The translations under genes and the position numbers were made by a program. This document shows positions 16,404-26,343 of a stretch of 31,058 bases of DNA, piece after piece. The notes under the pieces are model-generated. The model worked only from the letters and a program-made list of their open reading frames with translations, was not told the DNA's origin and did not search any database. Numbering within the stretch: the first letter of the stretch is position 1; each line of letters begins with the position of its first letter. Source of the DNA: a bacterium (lineage in GTDB: Bacteria; Hinthialibacterota; Hinthialibacteria; Hinthialibacterales; Hinthialibacteraceae). Location: NCBI GenBank assembly GCA_041946805.1, contig JBHGBC010000056.1:1-31058 (forward strand), in the 5' to 3' direction.

Positions 16404-17632
16404 ACAATCAATCCGGAAGCGGTTCCATGACTTCGCGGGTGCTGGTGATCGACGGCGATCACACGGAGTTGGTGGGCACGAGCAAGATGCTGGCGGCGCT
16501 CCCGCAGGTGGAGATCAGCGCGGAGACGACGTGCTTCACGCTGGCGGTGTCGCAGGTGGGGCGGTGCAATCCCGATTTCGTGTTTTGCGCGGTGGGCGCC
16601 AGCCTGGAGAGCGAGTGCGCGACGATCGCCAAGATCCGGGAGCAGCATCCCGCGATCCGGATCGTGTGCATGGGGGACCGGAGCGATTCGCAGTCCATCC
16701 TCAAGTGTTTCCGCTCGGGAGCGGACGAGTTTCTGATGAAGCCGTTGCAGGAGGAGGAGGTGCGGCAAGTATTCCAGCGCCTCCAGGTGCGCGCGCCGAT
16801 GCCGCGGGAGGAGGAGGAAGCGGTTCCCATGGGGAAGGTGCTGGCGGTGTGGGGCAGCCGGGGTGGCTGCGGGACCACGACAATCGCCTGCAACCTGGCG
16901 TTCGACCTGGCGCGGGGGGGTCCGTCCATCCTGGTGGATCTGCACGAGCACCAGGGAGACCTGGCGTTGTTTTTCGATTTGAAGCCGACGTTTTCGCTGC
17001 AGGATATCTGGGGGAACGGGGAGCGGATCGACGAGGCGCTGGTGGAGAGCGTGACGATCACGACGGACAGCGGATTGAAGTTGTTGCTGCAGCCGCCCGA
17101 GCGGCGGCCGGGGCAGATCAATCCCGACGAGTTGGTGATCCTGATGCGGGTGCTGCAGGCCCGGTTTCAGTATGTGGTGTTGGACCTCGGGCATGACGAG
17201 GAGATGGCGAAGTTGGTATTGCCGTTTCTGCATCAGATCTACCTGGTGGTCAATCAGAATCTGCCCTCGTTGTATCTGGCGTCGCAGAAGATGCGGGAGT
17301 TGAAGGCGCTGGGGTACGTGACGGACAACGTGCGGGTGCTGGTCAACGCCTTTTCCAAGCGGGGAGCGGTGACGCGGCAGCATATTCACAAGGCGCTGGG
17401 GATCGGGAACCTGATCCTGATCCGGGAGGACGAGCGGGCGGTGGTGTCGGCCATCAACCGGGGGATTCCCTTGAGCGTGTTGTCGCGGCGGGGGAAGGCG
17501 GCGCGGGACATCGCGCAGTTGGCGGATCAGATCACGGGCCCGCGGGCGAAGAGCGAGCGGCCCGCGTCGATGCGGACGTTGTTCCCGCGGTTGTTGTTTT
17601 CGCACGACGCTTGCGTGGAAGCCACCCAATAA
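16391..17632 (+). CDS. cpaE: Pilus assembly protein CpaE/TadZ (atypical receiver domain + MinD/ParA-like ATPase)
   Basis: Receiver fold (RVLVIDGD...GADEFLMKP), deviant Walker A GSRGGCGTTT, YVVLDLG and AINRGIP. Start GTG 16391 or ATG 16400. Confidence 0.9.
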   Translation: MEKMNNQSGSGSMTSRVLVIDGDHTELVGTSKMLAALPQVEISAETTCFTLAVSQVGRCNPDFVFCAVGASLESECATIAKIREQHPAIRIVCMGDRSDSQSILKCFRSGADEFLMKPLQEEEVRQVFQRLQVRAPMPREEEEAVPMGKVLAVWGSRGGCGTTTIACNLAFDLARGGPSILVDLHEHQGDLALFFDLKPTFSLQDIWGNGERIDEALVESVTITTDSGLKLLLQPPERRPGQINPDELVILMRVLQARFQYVVLDLGHDEEMAKLVLPFLHQIYLVVNQNLPSLYLASQKMRELKALGYVTDNVRVLVNAFSKRGAVTRQHIHKALGIGNLILIREDERAVVSAINRGIPLSVLSRRGKAARDIAQLADQITGPRAKSERPASMRTLFPRLLFSHDACVEATQ

Positions 17633-17674
17633 GGATTATCCCGGCGAGGAACAAGAGAGGGAGCGGAAAACGCC

Positions 17675-19027
17675 ATGAATGCCTTGCCTGCCCAAACCCA
17701 CCGGTTGAATGGAACGGCCCATCCGGTGAAGGACCGGATGCGGATCCTGCATGACATCAAGGTGACGGTGCACCGCCGGCTCATCGAGCGGCTGGACCTG
17801 ACGCAGATCGGGGAGAACAACAAGGAGGAGATCAAGCGGCAGGTGCGGCCGGTGGTCGTGGACCTGATCGCGTCGCAGCCCATTCCCTTGAACGGGACCG
17901 AGCGGCTGGCGATGGCGGAGGAGGTCCTGGATGAAGTTTTCGGATTCGGGCCGCTGGAGCCGTTGTTGAAGGACACGGAGATCACGGACATCCTGGTCAA
18001 CAATTACCGGGAGGTCTTCGTCGAGAAGAAAGGCAGACTGGAGCGGAGCGAGGCCGCCTTCCGCGACGACCGTCATTTGCTGCAGATCATCGACCGCATC
18101 GTGTCGCGGGTGGGCCGGCGGGTGGACGAGACGTCGCCGATGGTTGACGCGCGCCTGCCGGACGGATCCCGGGTGAACGCGATCATCCCGCCGCTGGCGT
18201 TGAACGGGCCGGCGTTGTCGATCCGGCGGTTCGGGGTGAACCCGGTCAAGTTGGACCAGTTGCTGGAGTATCAGTCCATCATTCCGGAGATGGTGGAGTT
18301 TCTGGAAGGGGCGGTGCGCTCGAAGTTGAACATCGTCATCTCGGGGGGAACCGGATCCGGAAAGACGACGCTGCTCAACGTGTTGTCGTCGTTCATCCCG
18401 GGCAACGAGCGCATCATCACGATCGAGGACTCGGCGGAGTTGCTGTTGCAGCAGCCGCACGTGGTGCGCCTGGAGACCCGTCCGCCCAACGTGGAGGGTC
18501 TGGGGTGCGTGACTCAGCGGGAGTTGTTGTACAACACCCTGCGCATGCGTCCGGACCGGATCATCCTGGGGGAGGTGCGCGGCGGGGAGGCGTTGGACAT
18601 GCTGCAGGCGATGAACACGGGACACGAGGGATCGTTGACGACGGTGCACGCCAACTCGCCGCGGGACGCCCTGAGCCGCATCGAGATGATGGTGTCGATG
18701 AGCGGTCTGGAGATACCCATCCGGGCGGTGCGGCAGCAGATCAGTTCGGCGTTGGACCTGATCGTGCAGACCAACCGGTTGATCGACGGGAAGCGCCGGG
18801 TGACATGCATATCGGAGGTGGTGGGGATGGAGGGGGACGTGGTGACGATGCAGGAGATCTTCGCGTTCAAGCAGGAGAACGTGGATTCCGCGGGGCACGT
18901 GATCGGCTCGTTCGTGTCGACGGGCATCCGGCCCCGGTGCGTGAACCGCTTGGAGATCGCCGGGATCCATTTGTCCACCGATATCTTCCGTCCGGGAATC
19001 AAATTGCGCATAGGATCGCCATCATGA
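17675..19027 (+). CDS. cpaF: Tad pilus assembly ATPase CpaF/TadA
   Basis: [23 protein letters not shown], Walker [25 protein letters not shown] and AMNTGHEGS. Confidence 0.97.
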   Translation: MNALPAQTHRLNGTAHPVKDRMRILHDIKVTVHRRLIERLDLTQIGENNKEEIKRQVRPVVVDLIASQPIPLNGTERLAMAEEVLDEVFGFGPLEPLLKDTEITDILVNNYREVFVEKKGRLERSEAAFRDDRHLLQIIDRIVSRVGRRVDETSPMVDARLPDGSRVNAIIPPLALNGPALSIRRFGVNPVKLDQLLEYQSIIPEMVEFLEGAVRSKLNIVISGGTGSGKTTLLNVLSSFIPGNERIITIEDSAELLLQQPHVVRLETRPPNVEGLGCVTQRELLYNTLRMRPDRIILGEVRGGEALDMLQAMNTGHEGSLTTVHANSPRDALSRIEMMVSMSGLEIPIRAVRQQISSALDLIVQTNRLIDGKRRVTCISEVVGMEGDVVTMQEIFAFKQENVDSAGHVIGSFVSTGIRPRCVNRLEIAGIHLSTDIFRPGIKLRIGSPS

Positions 19028-19995
19028 TCACAGACCCGTTGTTTCTGTTGGTGTTCGGGGGGACGACGTTCTGCATCTTCGGGATCGTGTATTTCGTGAT
19101 CTCGCTGTATTCGTCCGAGGAGGCGGTGGTCAAGAAGCGGTTCAACGACATGTCCGGGCGGATGCCGGCGGCCGACTACGAGAAGCAGGCGCTGGCGATC
19201 ATGCGGGAGGACAAGTCGTGGGTGGACGAGTCGGTGTTTTCGGAGTTTCCCCCGTTGTTGAACCTGCCCTCGCTGTTCGAGCAGGCGGGGATGCAGACGG
19301 ACGTGGGGCGGTGGCTGGTGAAGGCGGTGGTGACGGCCGGCGGCGCGGGGGCGGCGGTGTGGATGATCCGGCCGAAGATCCCGCTGGTGATCGTGGCCTG
19401 TTCCTTGACCTTGCTGTTGTTCTACCTGCAGGTGTTGTACAAGCGGCGGCGGCGGATCGCGGCGTTCGAGGCGGGATTTTCGCAGTCGCTGGAGATCATC
19501 GGGCGGTCGCTGCGGGCGGGACATCCCTTCGCCATGGGGATGCAGATGGTGTCGACGGAGATGCCGGATCCGGTGGGGCCGGAATTCGCCCGGGTGTTTT
19601 ACGAGAATCAGATGGGGCTGCCCCTGGACGATTCGCTGCGGCGCATGGCGGTGCGCGTGCCGCTGCTGGACATGCGGTTTTTCGTCTTGTCGCTGCTGAT
19701 CCACCAGCAGACGGGAGGGGATCTGGCGGAAGTGCTGGACAACCTTTCGCGGGTGGTGCGGGACCGGTTCAAGGTCATGGGGCAGGTGAAGGCGCTGACG
19801 GCGGAGGGGCGGTTGTCGGGGATCGTGCTGAGCGTGTTGCCGCTCATCGTGTTCGGACTGATCCTGTCCATCAATCCCGGGTATATCCGGGTGTTAATCG
19901 AAACCGGTCTGGGCCGCAAGATGTTGTACGTGGCCGGATTCATGCAATTCGTCGGAATGGCGATGATCTATAAGATCGTAAGGATTAAAGTCTAA
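19024..19995 (+). CDS. tadB: Tad inner-membrane platform protein TadB (T2SSF domain)
   Basis: [20 protein letters not shown] and [15 protein letters not shown] overlap with the cpaF stop. Confidence 0.93.
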   Translation: MITDPLFLLVFGGTTFCIFGIVYFVISLYSSEEAVVKKRFNDMSGRMPAADYEKQALAIMREDKSWVDESVFSEFPPLLNLPSLFEQAGMQTDVGRWLVKAVVTAGGAGAAVWMIRPKIPLVIVACSLTLLLFYLQVLYKRRRRIAAFEAGFSQSLEIIGRSLRAGHPFAMGMQMVSTEMPDPVGPEFARVFYENQMGLPLDDSLRRMAVRVPLLDMRFFVLSLLIHQQTGGDLAEVLDNLSRVVRDRFKVMGQVKALTAEGRLSGIVLSVLPLIVFGLILSINPGYIRVLIETGLGRKMLYVAGFMQFVGMAMIYKIVRIKV

Positions 19996-20921
19996 TGGAT
20001 CCCTTGGTGATTGGCGGATTTAGTTTTTTCGCGGTGTTTTTCCTCGTCATGGGGGTGGCCTCGGTCACGGGAGTGGTGAAGCATCCGATCGACCGGCGGA
20101 TCGACCGGCTGCGCCCGTTGGAAGCGGCGAGCGCGACGGCCCTGTCGCCGTTTTACGCCGATCAGATCGATCAGAGTGTGGTGGCGTCGCTGGGGCAGCG
20201 GGTCGCGCCGAAGGACCCGCAGACCCGTTCGCTCAGCAAGCAGCGGCTGGCCATGGCGGGGTATTACAGCGAGGGGGCGCTTTATCAGTATTGGGGCGCG
20301 AAACTGGTGCTGACCCTGATCATGCCGGTGGTCATGCTTTCGTTGTATGTGATCCGGCAGATGCCCCTGCAGAATGCGATGTTTCCCGCCTTGTTCACGA
20401 TGGGCTTCGGATTCTTCGCGCCGGATTTCTACCTGTACCTGCGCAAGCGGAACCGGCAGGACCAGATTTTCCGGGGCTTGCCGGACGCCCTGGACCTGCT
20501 GGTGGTGTGCATCGAGTCGGGCCTGGGATTGAACGCGGCGATGCAGAAGGTGAGCGAGGAATTTCACATGGGCAACCGGGTGTTGAGCGAGGAGTTGAAG
20601 CTGACCTGCGCGGCGATCCGGCTGGGCCAGCCGCGGCAGGACGCGATGCATGACCTGGGTGAGCGCACGGGGGTGATGGACCTCAAGGCCCTGGTCGCCG
20701 TGCTGATCCAGGCGGAGAAGTTCGGGACGAGCGTGGGACAGGCGCTGCGGGTGCACGCGGACGACATGCGGACGCGGCGGCGGCAGCGGGCGGAGGAACT
20801 GGCGGCCAAGACGACGGTGAAGCTGATCTTCCCGCTGGTGCTGTTCATTTTCCCGGCCATCTTCGTGGTGCTGGGCGGGCCGGCGGTGATCAAGATCATG
20901 GAGCATTTCTTGAACAAATAG
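19995..20921 (+). CDS. tadC: Tad inner-membrane platform protein TadC
   Basis: LPDALDLLVVCIESGLGL, QAEKFGTSVGQALR and KLIFPLVLFIFP. TAATG overlap with tadB. Confidence 0.95.
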   Translation: MDPLVIGGFSFFAVFFLVMGVASVTGVVKHPIDRRIDRLRPLEAASATALSPFYADQIDQSVVASLGQRVAPKDPQTRSLSKQRLAMAGYYSEGALYQYWGAKLVLTLIMPVVMLSLYVIRQMPLQNAMFPALFTMGFGFFAPDFYLYLRKRNRQDQIFRGLPDALDLLVVCIESGLGLNAAMQKVSEEFHMGNRVLSEELKLTCAAIRLGQPRQDAMHDLGERTGVMDLKALVAVLIQAEKFGTSVGQALRVHADDMRTRRRQRAEELAAKTTVKLIFPLVLFIFPAIFVVLGGPAVIKIMEHFLNK

Positions 20922-20983
20922 GGAATCCAAGCCGGGGAGGCCGGGGCGCCGTCCCCGGCGGCGGCAGAAAGCGAGACGCGAAG

Positions 20984-21607
20984 ATGAAGCGAGCCTGGAT
21001 CCTGGGAATGGTGGTGTTGCTTCTGGCGGGATGTGAGACCTTGACCGACAAGTACCTGACCCGTCCGGCGGGCGAGCCCGCGGGAGCGGTGATGAGCGCG
21101 CCCTTTCTCGACATGATCGCGGGGGCCGCGCAGCCGGATCCGGTGGTCGGGCAGGTGTATTTCGATTTCGACCAGGCGTTGCTGACGCCGGCGGCGCGGC
21201 GGCAGTTGGACGGGATCGCCCGGGAGGTGAGCCGCCGGCCGGGCCTGGTGATCGTGGAGGGGCATGCGGATCACGTCAACACGGACGAATACAACAAGAA
21301 GTTGTCGTACCAGCGGGCGATGGCGGTGGCGGAATATTTGCGCAGCGCGGGAGTGTGGGACGAGCGCATCGCCGTGCATGGCTTTGGGGAAGCCCGTCCC
21401 GCGGCCTCGAACTGGACGGACGCCGGGCGGGTGTGCAACCGCGGCGTGGTGATCAAGATGTTCGCCCAGGGGGAAGGCATGGCGGGCATCGAGGCCGGCA
21501 AGGTGTATCAGCGGATGTTGACCGCCAAGACCAAGACGGCCGCGGAGCCGCGGGTGTTCGGGATCCTGACGCAGGAGTCGTCCTCATCGGGCGCCGGGTC
21601 GAAATGA
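20984..21607 (+). CDS. OmpA-family peptidoglycan-binding lipoprotein
   Basis: Lipobox LLAG|C; YFDFD, VEGHAD..N..LSYQRAMAV and GFGEARP. Confidence 0.9.
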   Translation: MKRAWILGMVVLLLAGCETLTDKYLTRPAGEPAGAVMSAPFLDMIAGAAQPDPVVGQVYFDFDQALLTPAARRQLDGIAREVSRRPGLVIVEGHADHVNTDEYNKKLSYQRAMAVAEYLRSAGVWDERIAVHGFGEARPAASNWTDAGRVCNRGVVIKMFAQGEGMAGIEAGKVYQRMLTAKTKTAAEPRVFGILTQESSSSGAGSK

Positions 21608-21752
21608 CCCCGGATGCGTGATTGGCCGGAAGGCCGGACGGGCCGCGGCGGCGGGTCCCGGTGGGGTGATGAGAACCAGTGAGAAAGGGCGGACGGCCCG
21701 TGTCCCGCGGAAGGGGAGGGTGGAAACGGACCGCCGCGGATGAGGTGTCATC

Positions 21753-23168
21753 ATGGTGTTGGACCGCATCGACCGTTATCAGGAGAACAGCTTGTTGCGG
21801 CAAGAGAAGGAGGAGGACGCGCCGGCGAAGAAGCCGTATACCGGCGCCCCGCATCCCTTGTTGAACGACGCGGCCGTCACCAATTATCCCAAGGCGCCCG
21901 AGTCGCTGGAGGAGACGGGGCTGACGGGTTCTCTGATCTCCGACCTGGTCGTGAAGCATCTGTACCGGTACGGCGGGCTGACGGGGCGCGAGATCTCCGA
22001 TTACATCTGTCTGCCCTTCGTGCTCCTCGATCCCCTGCTCGACGAGTTGGTGTCGTTGACGTACGCCGAGAAGCGCGGCGGGCATGGGTTGGGCAATTCG
22101 GCCGACCGGTTCGTGTTGACCGAGCGGGGCAAGAATCATGTCCGCGACCTGCTGCAGGTGGACACGTATATCGGGCCGGCGCCGGTCACGCTCAAGCAAT
22201 ACACGGATTATGTCAATCATCACAGCCTGCGGAACATCGAGATCCACGAGGAGATGCTGCGCCAGGGGTGGGCGGATTTCATCATCGACGACAGCATCTT
22301 CACCCGCATCGGGCCGGCGGTCTGTTCGGGCAAATCGTGTTTCTTGTACGGTCCGCCGGGGACAGGCAAGACCACCCTGGCCAAGGCGGTGGCGCGGTTT
22401 CTGGATCAGCATGGGGGGCACATCGCCATTCCCCACACCCTGCTGGTGGGGGGGAGCCTGATCCGGGTGTATGATCCGGTTTATCATCAGCGGACGCAGG
22501 TGAATCTGCGGGGTTTGTCGGACAGCGTGTGGATCGCGGACACGCATCTGGACAACCGCTGGGTGTTGTGCCACCGGCCGTCGGTGATCGTCGGCGGGGA
22601 ATTGACGCTTGACATGCTCGATCTGCGGTTCAATCCCACGACGCGGTTTTACGAGGCGCCGTTGCAGATGAAGGCCAACGGGGGGGTGTTCATCATCGAC
22701 GATTTCGGGCGGCAGATGGTGCAGCCCAAGGATTTGCTGAACCGGTGGATCGTTCCGTTGGAGGAGCGGATCGACTACCTGACCCTGCACACGGGGAAGA
22801 AGTTCACCATCCCCTTCGAGGAGTTGGTGATCTTCGCCACCAATCTCAATCCCAAGGACTTGGCGGACGAGGCGTTTCTGCGCCGGATCCGGTACAAGAT
22901 CTACCTGGGCGAGCCGTCCGTGCAGGCGTACAAGGCGATCTTCGAGATGGAGTGCCGGATGAAGAAATTGGGTTATGATCCCGCGGATGTGGAGCATGTG
23001 ATCCAGAAGTTTTACCGGCGCAAGAATCAACCCTTGCGGGCGTGCGATCCCCGGGACGTGACCGATCTGATCCTGGACCTCTTCACCTTCACGGCGCATC
23101 CGCGAACCATCTCCGCGGAGATCCTGGATCAGATGTACTCCATATACATGGAGGAATTGCGAAACTAG
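21753..23168 (+). CDS. Uncharacterised AAA+ ATPase at the end of the tad locus
   Basis: Walker A GPPGTGKTT, Walker B FIIDDFGR, sensor 1 FATN and arginine finger AFLRRI. GAGGTG RBS. Confidence 0.88.
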   Translation: MVLDRIDRYQENSLLRQEKEEDAPAKKPYTGAPHPLLNDAAVTNYPKAPESLEETGLTGSLISDLVVKHLYRYGGLTGREISDYICLPFVLLDPLLDELVSLTYAEKRGGHGLGNSADRFVLTERGKNHVRDLLQVDTYIGPAPVTLKQYTDYVNHHSLRNIEIHEEMLRQGWADFIIDDSIFTRIGPAVCSGKSCFLYGPPGTGKTTLAKAVARFLDQHGGHIAIPHTLLVGGSLIRVYDPVYHQRTQVNLRGLSDSVWIADTHLDNRWVLCHRPSVIVGGELTLDMLDLRFNPTTRFYEAPLQMKANGGVFIIDDFGRQMVQPKDLLNRWIVPLEERIDYLTLHTGKKFTIPFEELVIFATNLNPKDLADEAFLRRIRYKIYLGEPSVQAYKAIFEMECRMKKLGYDPADVEHVIQKFYRRKNQPLRACDPRDVTDLILDLFTFTAHPRTISAEILDQMYSIYMEELRN

Positions 23169-23210
23169 AAAAACCAGCTGGGAAGTTCTTTCTTCCACTT
23201 CACTCTCTCA

Positions 23211-23240
23211 CCCTCCCCAAGCGCGGGGAGGGATTTTTTT
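23211..23240 (+). terminator. Rho-independent terminator of the tad locus
   Basis: ccctcccc-aagcgc-ggggaggg followed by a-ttttttt. Confidence 0.7.
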
Positions 23241-23333
23241 GGTTTATCCGATACGTGCGTACCTGCTGATGAAAAAGGCATTCCATCCTCTCGAAGACCC
23301 GGGCGGACACCAAGGTCCGCCTCAACAAAAATT

Positions 23334-23366
23334 CCCTCACCCTGGCCCTCTCCCCGAGGGAGAGGG
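23334..23366 (+). repeat. REP-like family A copy
   Basis: ccctcaccctggccctctccccgagggagaggg. Confidence 0.8.
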
Positions 23367-23472
23367 AATTAGGGGGTTAATCTCTCCGGCCAGATCGATT
23401 CAAGCGCGGCCGGACATGTTTGATAAAAAGTTCGTACTTGCCGGATGAACCATTTTTTTGGGGGGGCGGCGA

Positions 23473-23853
23473 TCAGTTTTCCAGGATCACCTGGGCGACG
23501 GCCCAATCGCCGTCGTGGCTGAGGGAGACGTGGTGGAAACGCGCGCCTTTTTCCTCGGCGAGGAGGCGGGCGCGTCCTTCCAGGTGGAGGACCGGTTGGC
23601 CGGTGGGGGCGTGCGAGAGGTAGATGTCGCTCCAGGCGATGCCCCGTCCCGGGAAATCGCTGAGGGCCTTGAGGGCCGCTTCCTTGACCGCGAAGCAGGC
23701 CGCGAGGAATTCCATGCGGTTGCGGCGCGTGAGGGAGAACTGGATTTCGGAGGGGTGGTAAACCCGGCGGAGGAAGCGGTCGCCGTAGCGGTCGATCGAC
23801 TGGGCGATCCGGCCGATCCGGGCGATGTCCACGCCAATCCCCACGATCGCCAT
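23473..23853 (-). CDS. acpS: Holo-[acyl-carrier-protein] synthase
   Basis: GIGVDI, FAVKEAALKAL, GQP and HVSLSHD. Confidence 0.96.
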   Translation of the reverse strand: MAIVGIGVDIARIGRIAQSIDRYGDRFLRRVYHPSEIQFSLTRRNRMEFLAACFAVKEAALKALSDFPGRGIAWSDIYLSHAPTGQPVLHLEGRARLLAEEKGARFHHVSLSHDGDWAVAQVILEN

Positions 23854-23858
23854 GGCGG

Positions 23859-24557
23859 TTACCGGTGGACCTCCTTATGGGACAGGATCCAATCTTGCAC
23901 TTTCCGGAAGAGAGTCTCGACGACGTCGCCGAAGGTGAGGGAGGTGGTATCGATTTCGATGGCGCGGTCCGTTTTTTTCAAGGCGCCGACGGGGCGGATG
24001 CGGTCGCGGCGGTCGCGTTCCAGCAGTCCGGCCAAGGTTTCATCGAACGTGACCGTTTTGCCCATGGCCAGCAGTTGGCGGTAGCGGCGTTCGGCCCGCG
24101 CGCGGGGATCGGCGTCGAGGAAGAAGGGCAGTTCGGCGTCGGGGAAGACGACGGTGGCGATATCCCGGCCTTCCATCACCACGCCGCCGCGGCAGCCCAG
24201 GTCCCGCTGGAGGGCGACCAGGCGTTCGCGCACGCGGGGATTGTCGGCGACGGGCGAGGTGGCCGCGCTGATTTCGGGGGAGCGGATCGCTTCGGTCACC
24301 TCCTCCTCATTGCACCACACCCGCAGACGGCCGTTTTCCATGGCGAGCTGGATGCGGGCCGCGCGGGCGAGATCCGCGGCCGCCTCCGAATCGGCGGGAT
24401 CCACGCCGCGGCGCAGGGCCAGCCAGGCGACGGCCCGGTACATCGCGCCGGTGTCGACATGGAGGAATCCCAGGCGTTGGGCGAGGGCGGCCGCCACGCT
24501 GCTTTTGCCCACGCCCACGGGGCCGTCCAACGCCACGATCGGTTTGTCGCGTTTCAT
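23859..24557 (-). CDS. cmk: Cytidylate kinase
   Basis: ALDGPVGVGKS, DTGAMYRA, VMEGRDI..VVFPDA and ERDRRD. ATGA overlap with the aroA stop. Confidence 0.96.
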   Translation of the reverse strand: MKRDKPIVALDGPVGVGKSSVAAALAQRLGFLHVDTGAMYRAVAWLALRRGVDPADSEAAADLARAARIQLAMENGRLRVWCNEEEVTEAIRSPEISAATSPVADNPRVRERLVALQRDLGCRGGVVMEGRDIATVVFPDAELPFFLDADPRARAERRYRQLLAMGKTVTFDETLAGLLERDRRDRIRPVGALKKTDRAIEIDTTSLTFGDVVETLFRKVQDWILSHKEVHR

Positions 24558-25888
24558 GACACGCATTCCACCCGTCCGCCGCTGAGTTCATTGAGCAGAT
24601 CGAAGAAGCCGGGAAACGAGGTGGCCACGGGCGCGGTTCCCTGGATCCACGTTTCGCCCTTGGCCGCCAATCCGGCCACGGAGAGTCCCATGGCGACGCG
24701 GTGATCGCCGTGGGCGAAGCATTGCGCGCCGGTGAGATCCGTCCCGCCGCGCACTTCGAAGCCATCGGGGTATTCGCGCAGGCCGACGCCGAATTTGCCG
24801 AGTTCCTCGACGATGACCGCGATGCGGTCCGATTCCTTCACGCGCAGCTCTTCCGCGCCCGTCACCACCGACGGGCTGGAGGCGCAGGCGGCCGCCACGG
24901 CGAAGATGGGGAACTCGTCGATCATGCGCACCACGAGTTCGCCTTCCACCCGTGTCCCATGGAGGGGGGCGTAATTCACGTGGATGTCGGCCACCGGTTC
25001 CGCCCCGAAGTATTTCAGGTGGCGGAGGGTGATGTGCGCCCCCATGGCCCGCAGGGCATGGAGCAGTCCGGTGCGGGTGGGATTCACGCCCACTTCCTGG
25101 ATCACCAGGTCGGAGCCGGGCCGGATGGCGGCGGCGGCCATGAAGAAGGCGGCCGAGGAGAAGTCGCCGGGGATCCGGACGTCGCGGGCGGTGAGGGTTT
25201 GGCCGCCGGAGACGGCGCAGCGCAGGCGGCCGCGTTCGACGGTGACGCCGAAGGTTTCGAGCATGCGTTCCGTGTGGTCGCGGGAGAGGGCGGGTTCTTC
25301 CACCACGGTGCGGCCTTGGGCGAACAGGCCGGCCAGGAGCAGGGCGGATTTGACCTGGGCGCTGGCGACGGGGGATTGGAACTCGATTCCGTGCAGGGCG
25401 CCGCCCTCGACGCGGAGGGGGAGGTCGAAGCCTTCGTCCAGGCGGGTGAATTTCGCGCCCATGCGGGAGAGGGGTTCGGTCACGCGTTTCATGGGGCGGC
25501 CGCGCAGGGAGGAATCGCCGGTGATGGTGGCGGAGAACGGCTGTCCGGAGAGGATGCCGAGGAGGAGACGGGCGCCGGTTCCCGAATTGCCCATGTCCAG
25601 GATTTCGCGGGGAGGGGAGAAGCGCCGCAGGCCGCGGCCGTGGATGGCGAGGCAGCCGCTCTGGTGTTCCGATTCGATTCCCAGTTTTTGGAAGGCGTTC
25701 AAAGTGGCGATGCAATCGGCGCTTTCGAGGAATCCCCGCACGAGGGAGGTGCCCTCGGCCAGCGAGGCGAGCATCACGGCGCGGTGGGAGATGGACTTGT
25801 CTCCCGGCACGCGGATGGCGCCGCGGAGCGCGCCGGACGGGAGGATGCGGTATCCCCCTTGCAAGAGGCTGTCATCGAGTTTCTTCAT
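24554..25888 (-). CDS. aroA: 3-phosphoshikimate 1-carboxyvinyltransferase (class II EPSP synthase)
   Basis: PGDKSISHRA, GNSGT, SAQVKSA, RDHTERM, NPTR, ELRVKESDRI and DHRVAM. Confidence 0.97.
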   Translation of the reverse strand: MKKLDDSLLQGGYRILPSGALRGAIRVPGDKSISHRAVMLASLAEGTSLVRGFLESADCIATLNAFQKLGIESEHQSGCLAIHGRGLRRFSPPREILDMGNSGTGARLLLGILSGQPFSATITGDSSLRGRPMKRVTEPLSRMGAKFTRLDEGFDLPLRVEGGALHGIEFQSPVASAQVKSALLLAGLFAQGRTVVEEPALSRDHTERMLETFGVTVERGRLRCAVSGGQTLTARDVRIPGDFSSAAFFMAAAAIRPGSDLVIQEVGVNPTRTGLLHALRAMGAHITLRHLKYFGAEPVADIHVNYAPLHGTRVEGELVVRMIDEFPIFAVAAACASSPSVVTGAEELRVKESDRIAVIVEELGKFGVGLREYPDGFEVRGGTDLTGAQCFAHGDHRVAMGLSVAGLAAKGETWIQGTAPVATSFPGFFDLLNELSGGRVECVS

Positions 25889-25997
25889 TCTGTTTTCCTG
25901 GCCCGGGTGGAGAGGCGGCCGCGGCCGCGTGCTCCGGACGGACCTTAGCCGGTAAATCAACCGGCCGCACCGTTTTGGAATCCATATCGATCAAATA

Positions 25998-26030
25998 CCC
26001 TCACCCTAATCCTCTCCCAAGGGGAGAGGG
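25998..26030 (+). repeat. REP-like family A copy
   Basis: ccctcaccctaatcctctcccaaggggagaggg. Confidence 0.8.
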
Positions 26031-26074
26031 GGTAGCGGGTGGGGAGTGGTGTTGTGAGTTAGACCTATGATTAT

Positions 26075-26109
26075 GGATGGGTTACGTACAGCGTGCTAAC
26101 CCATCCTAC
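26075..26109 (-). repeat. GTAG-type REP palindrome
   Basis: The minus strand reads GTAGGATGGGTTA-N12-TAACCCATCC, with 10-bp perfect arms and a GTAG end. Confidence 0.65.
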
Positions 26110-26155
26110 CTTTCCAAGCCCCGCCTGCTCCTTCCCGGACTTTGGGGGAGGAATC
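26110..26155 (-). repeat. REP-like family B copy
   Basis: cccggactttgggggagga (26134-26152) is the reverse complement of 2460-2478. Confidence 0.75.
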
Positions 26156-26343
26156 GCGCGGGCCGGTCTAGCGCTGGGTGTATTGTATTCCAATCGGGGA
26201 GGAAATTCAGGACGGGGGAGAGGGCAGGGAGGCGATTTTACTATAAAACACATCATTGCAGGTGAAGACGATTGATTTTTTCATTATACTAGACTTAGCG
26301 GCGATCCGGTGGAATTTTACACGCGGTATGGAGGAGGACAACC

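Noticed and set aside
16391..17632. Non-phosphorylatable receiver and degenerate Walker A as a novelty
   Set aside because: These are established properties of the CpaE/TadZ family.
2376..26155. CRISPR array
   Set aside because: The repeats are dispersed and degenerate, not regularly spaced with unique spacers, and there are no cas genes.
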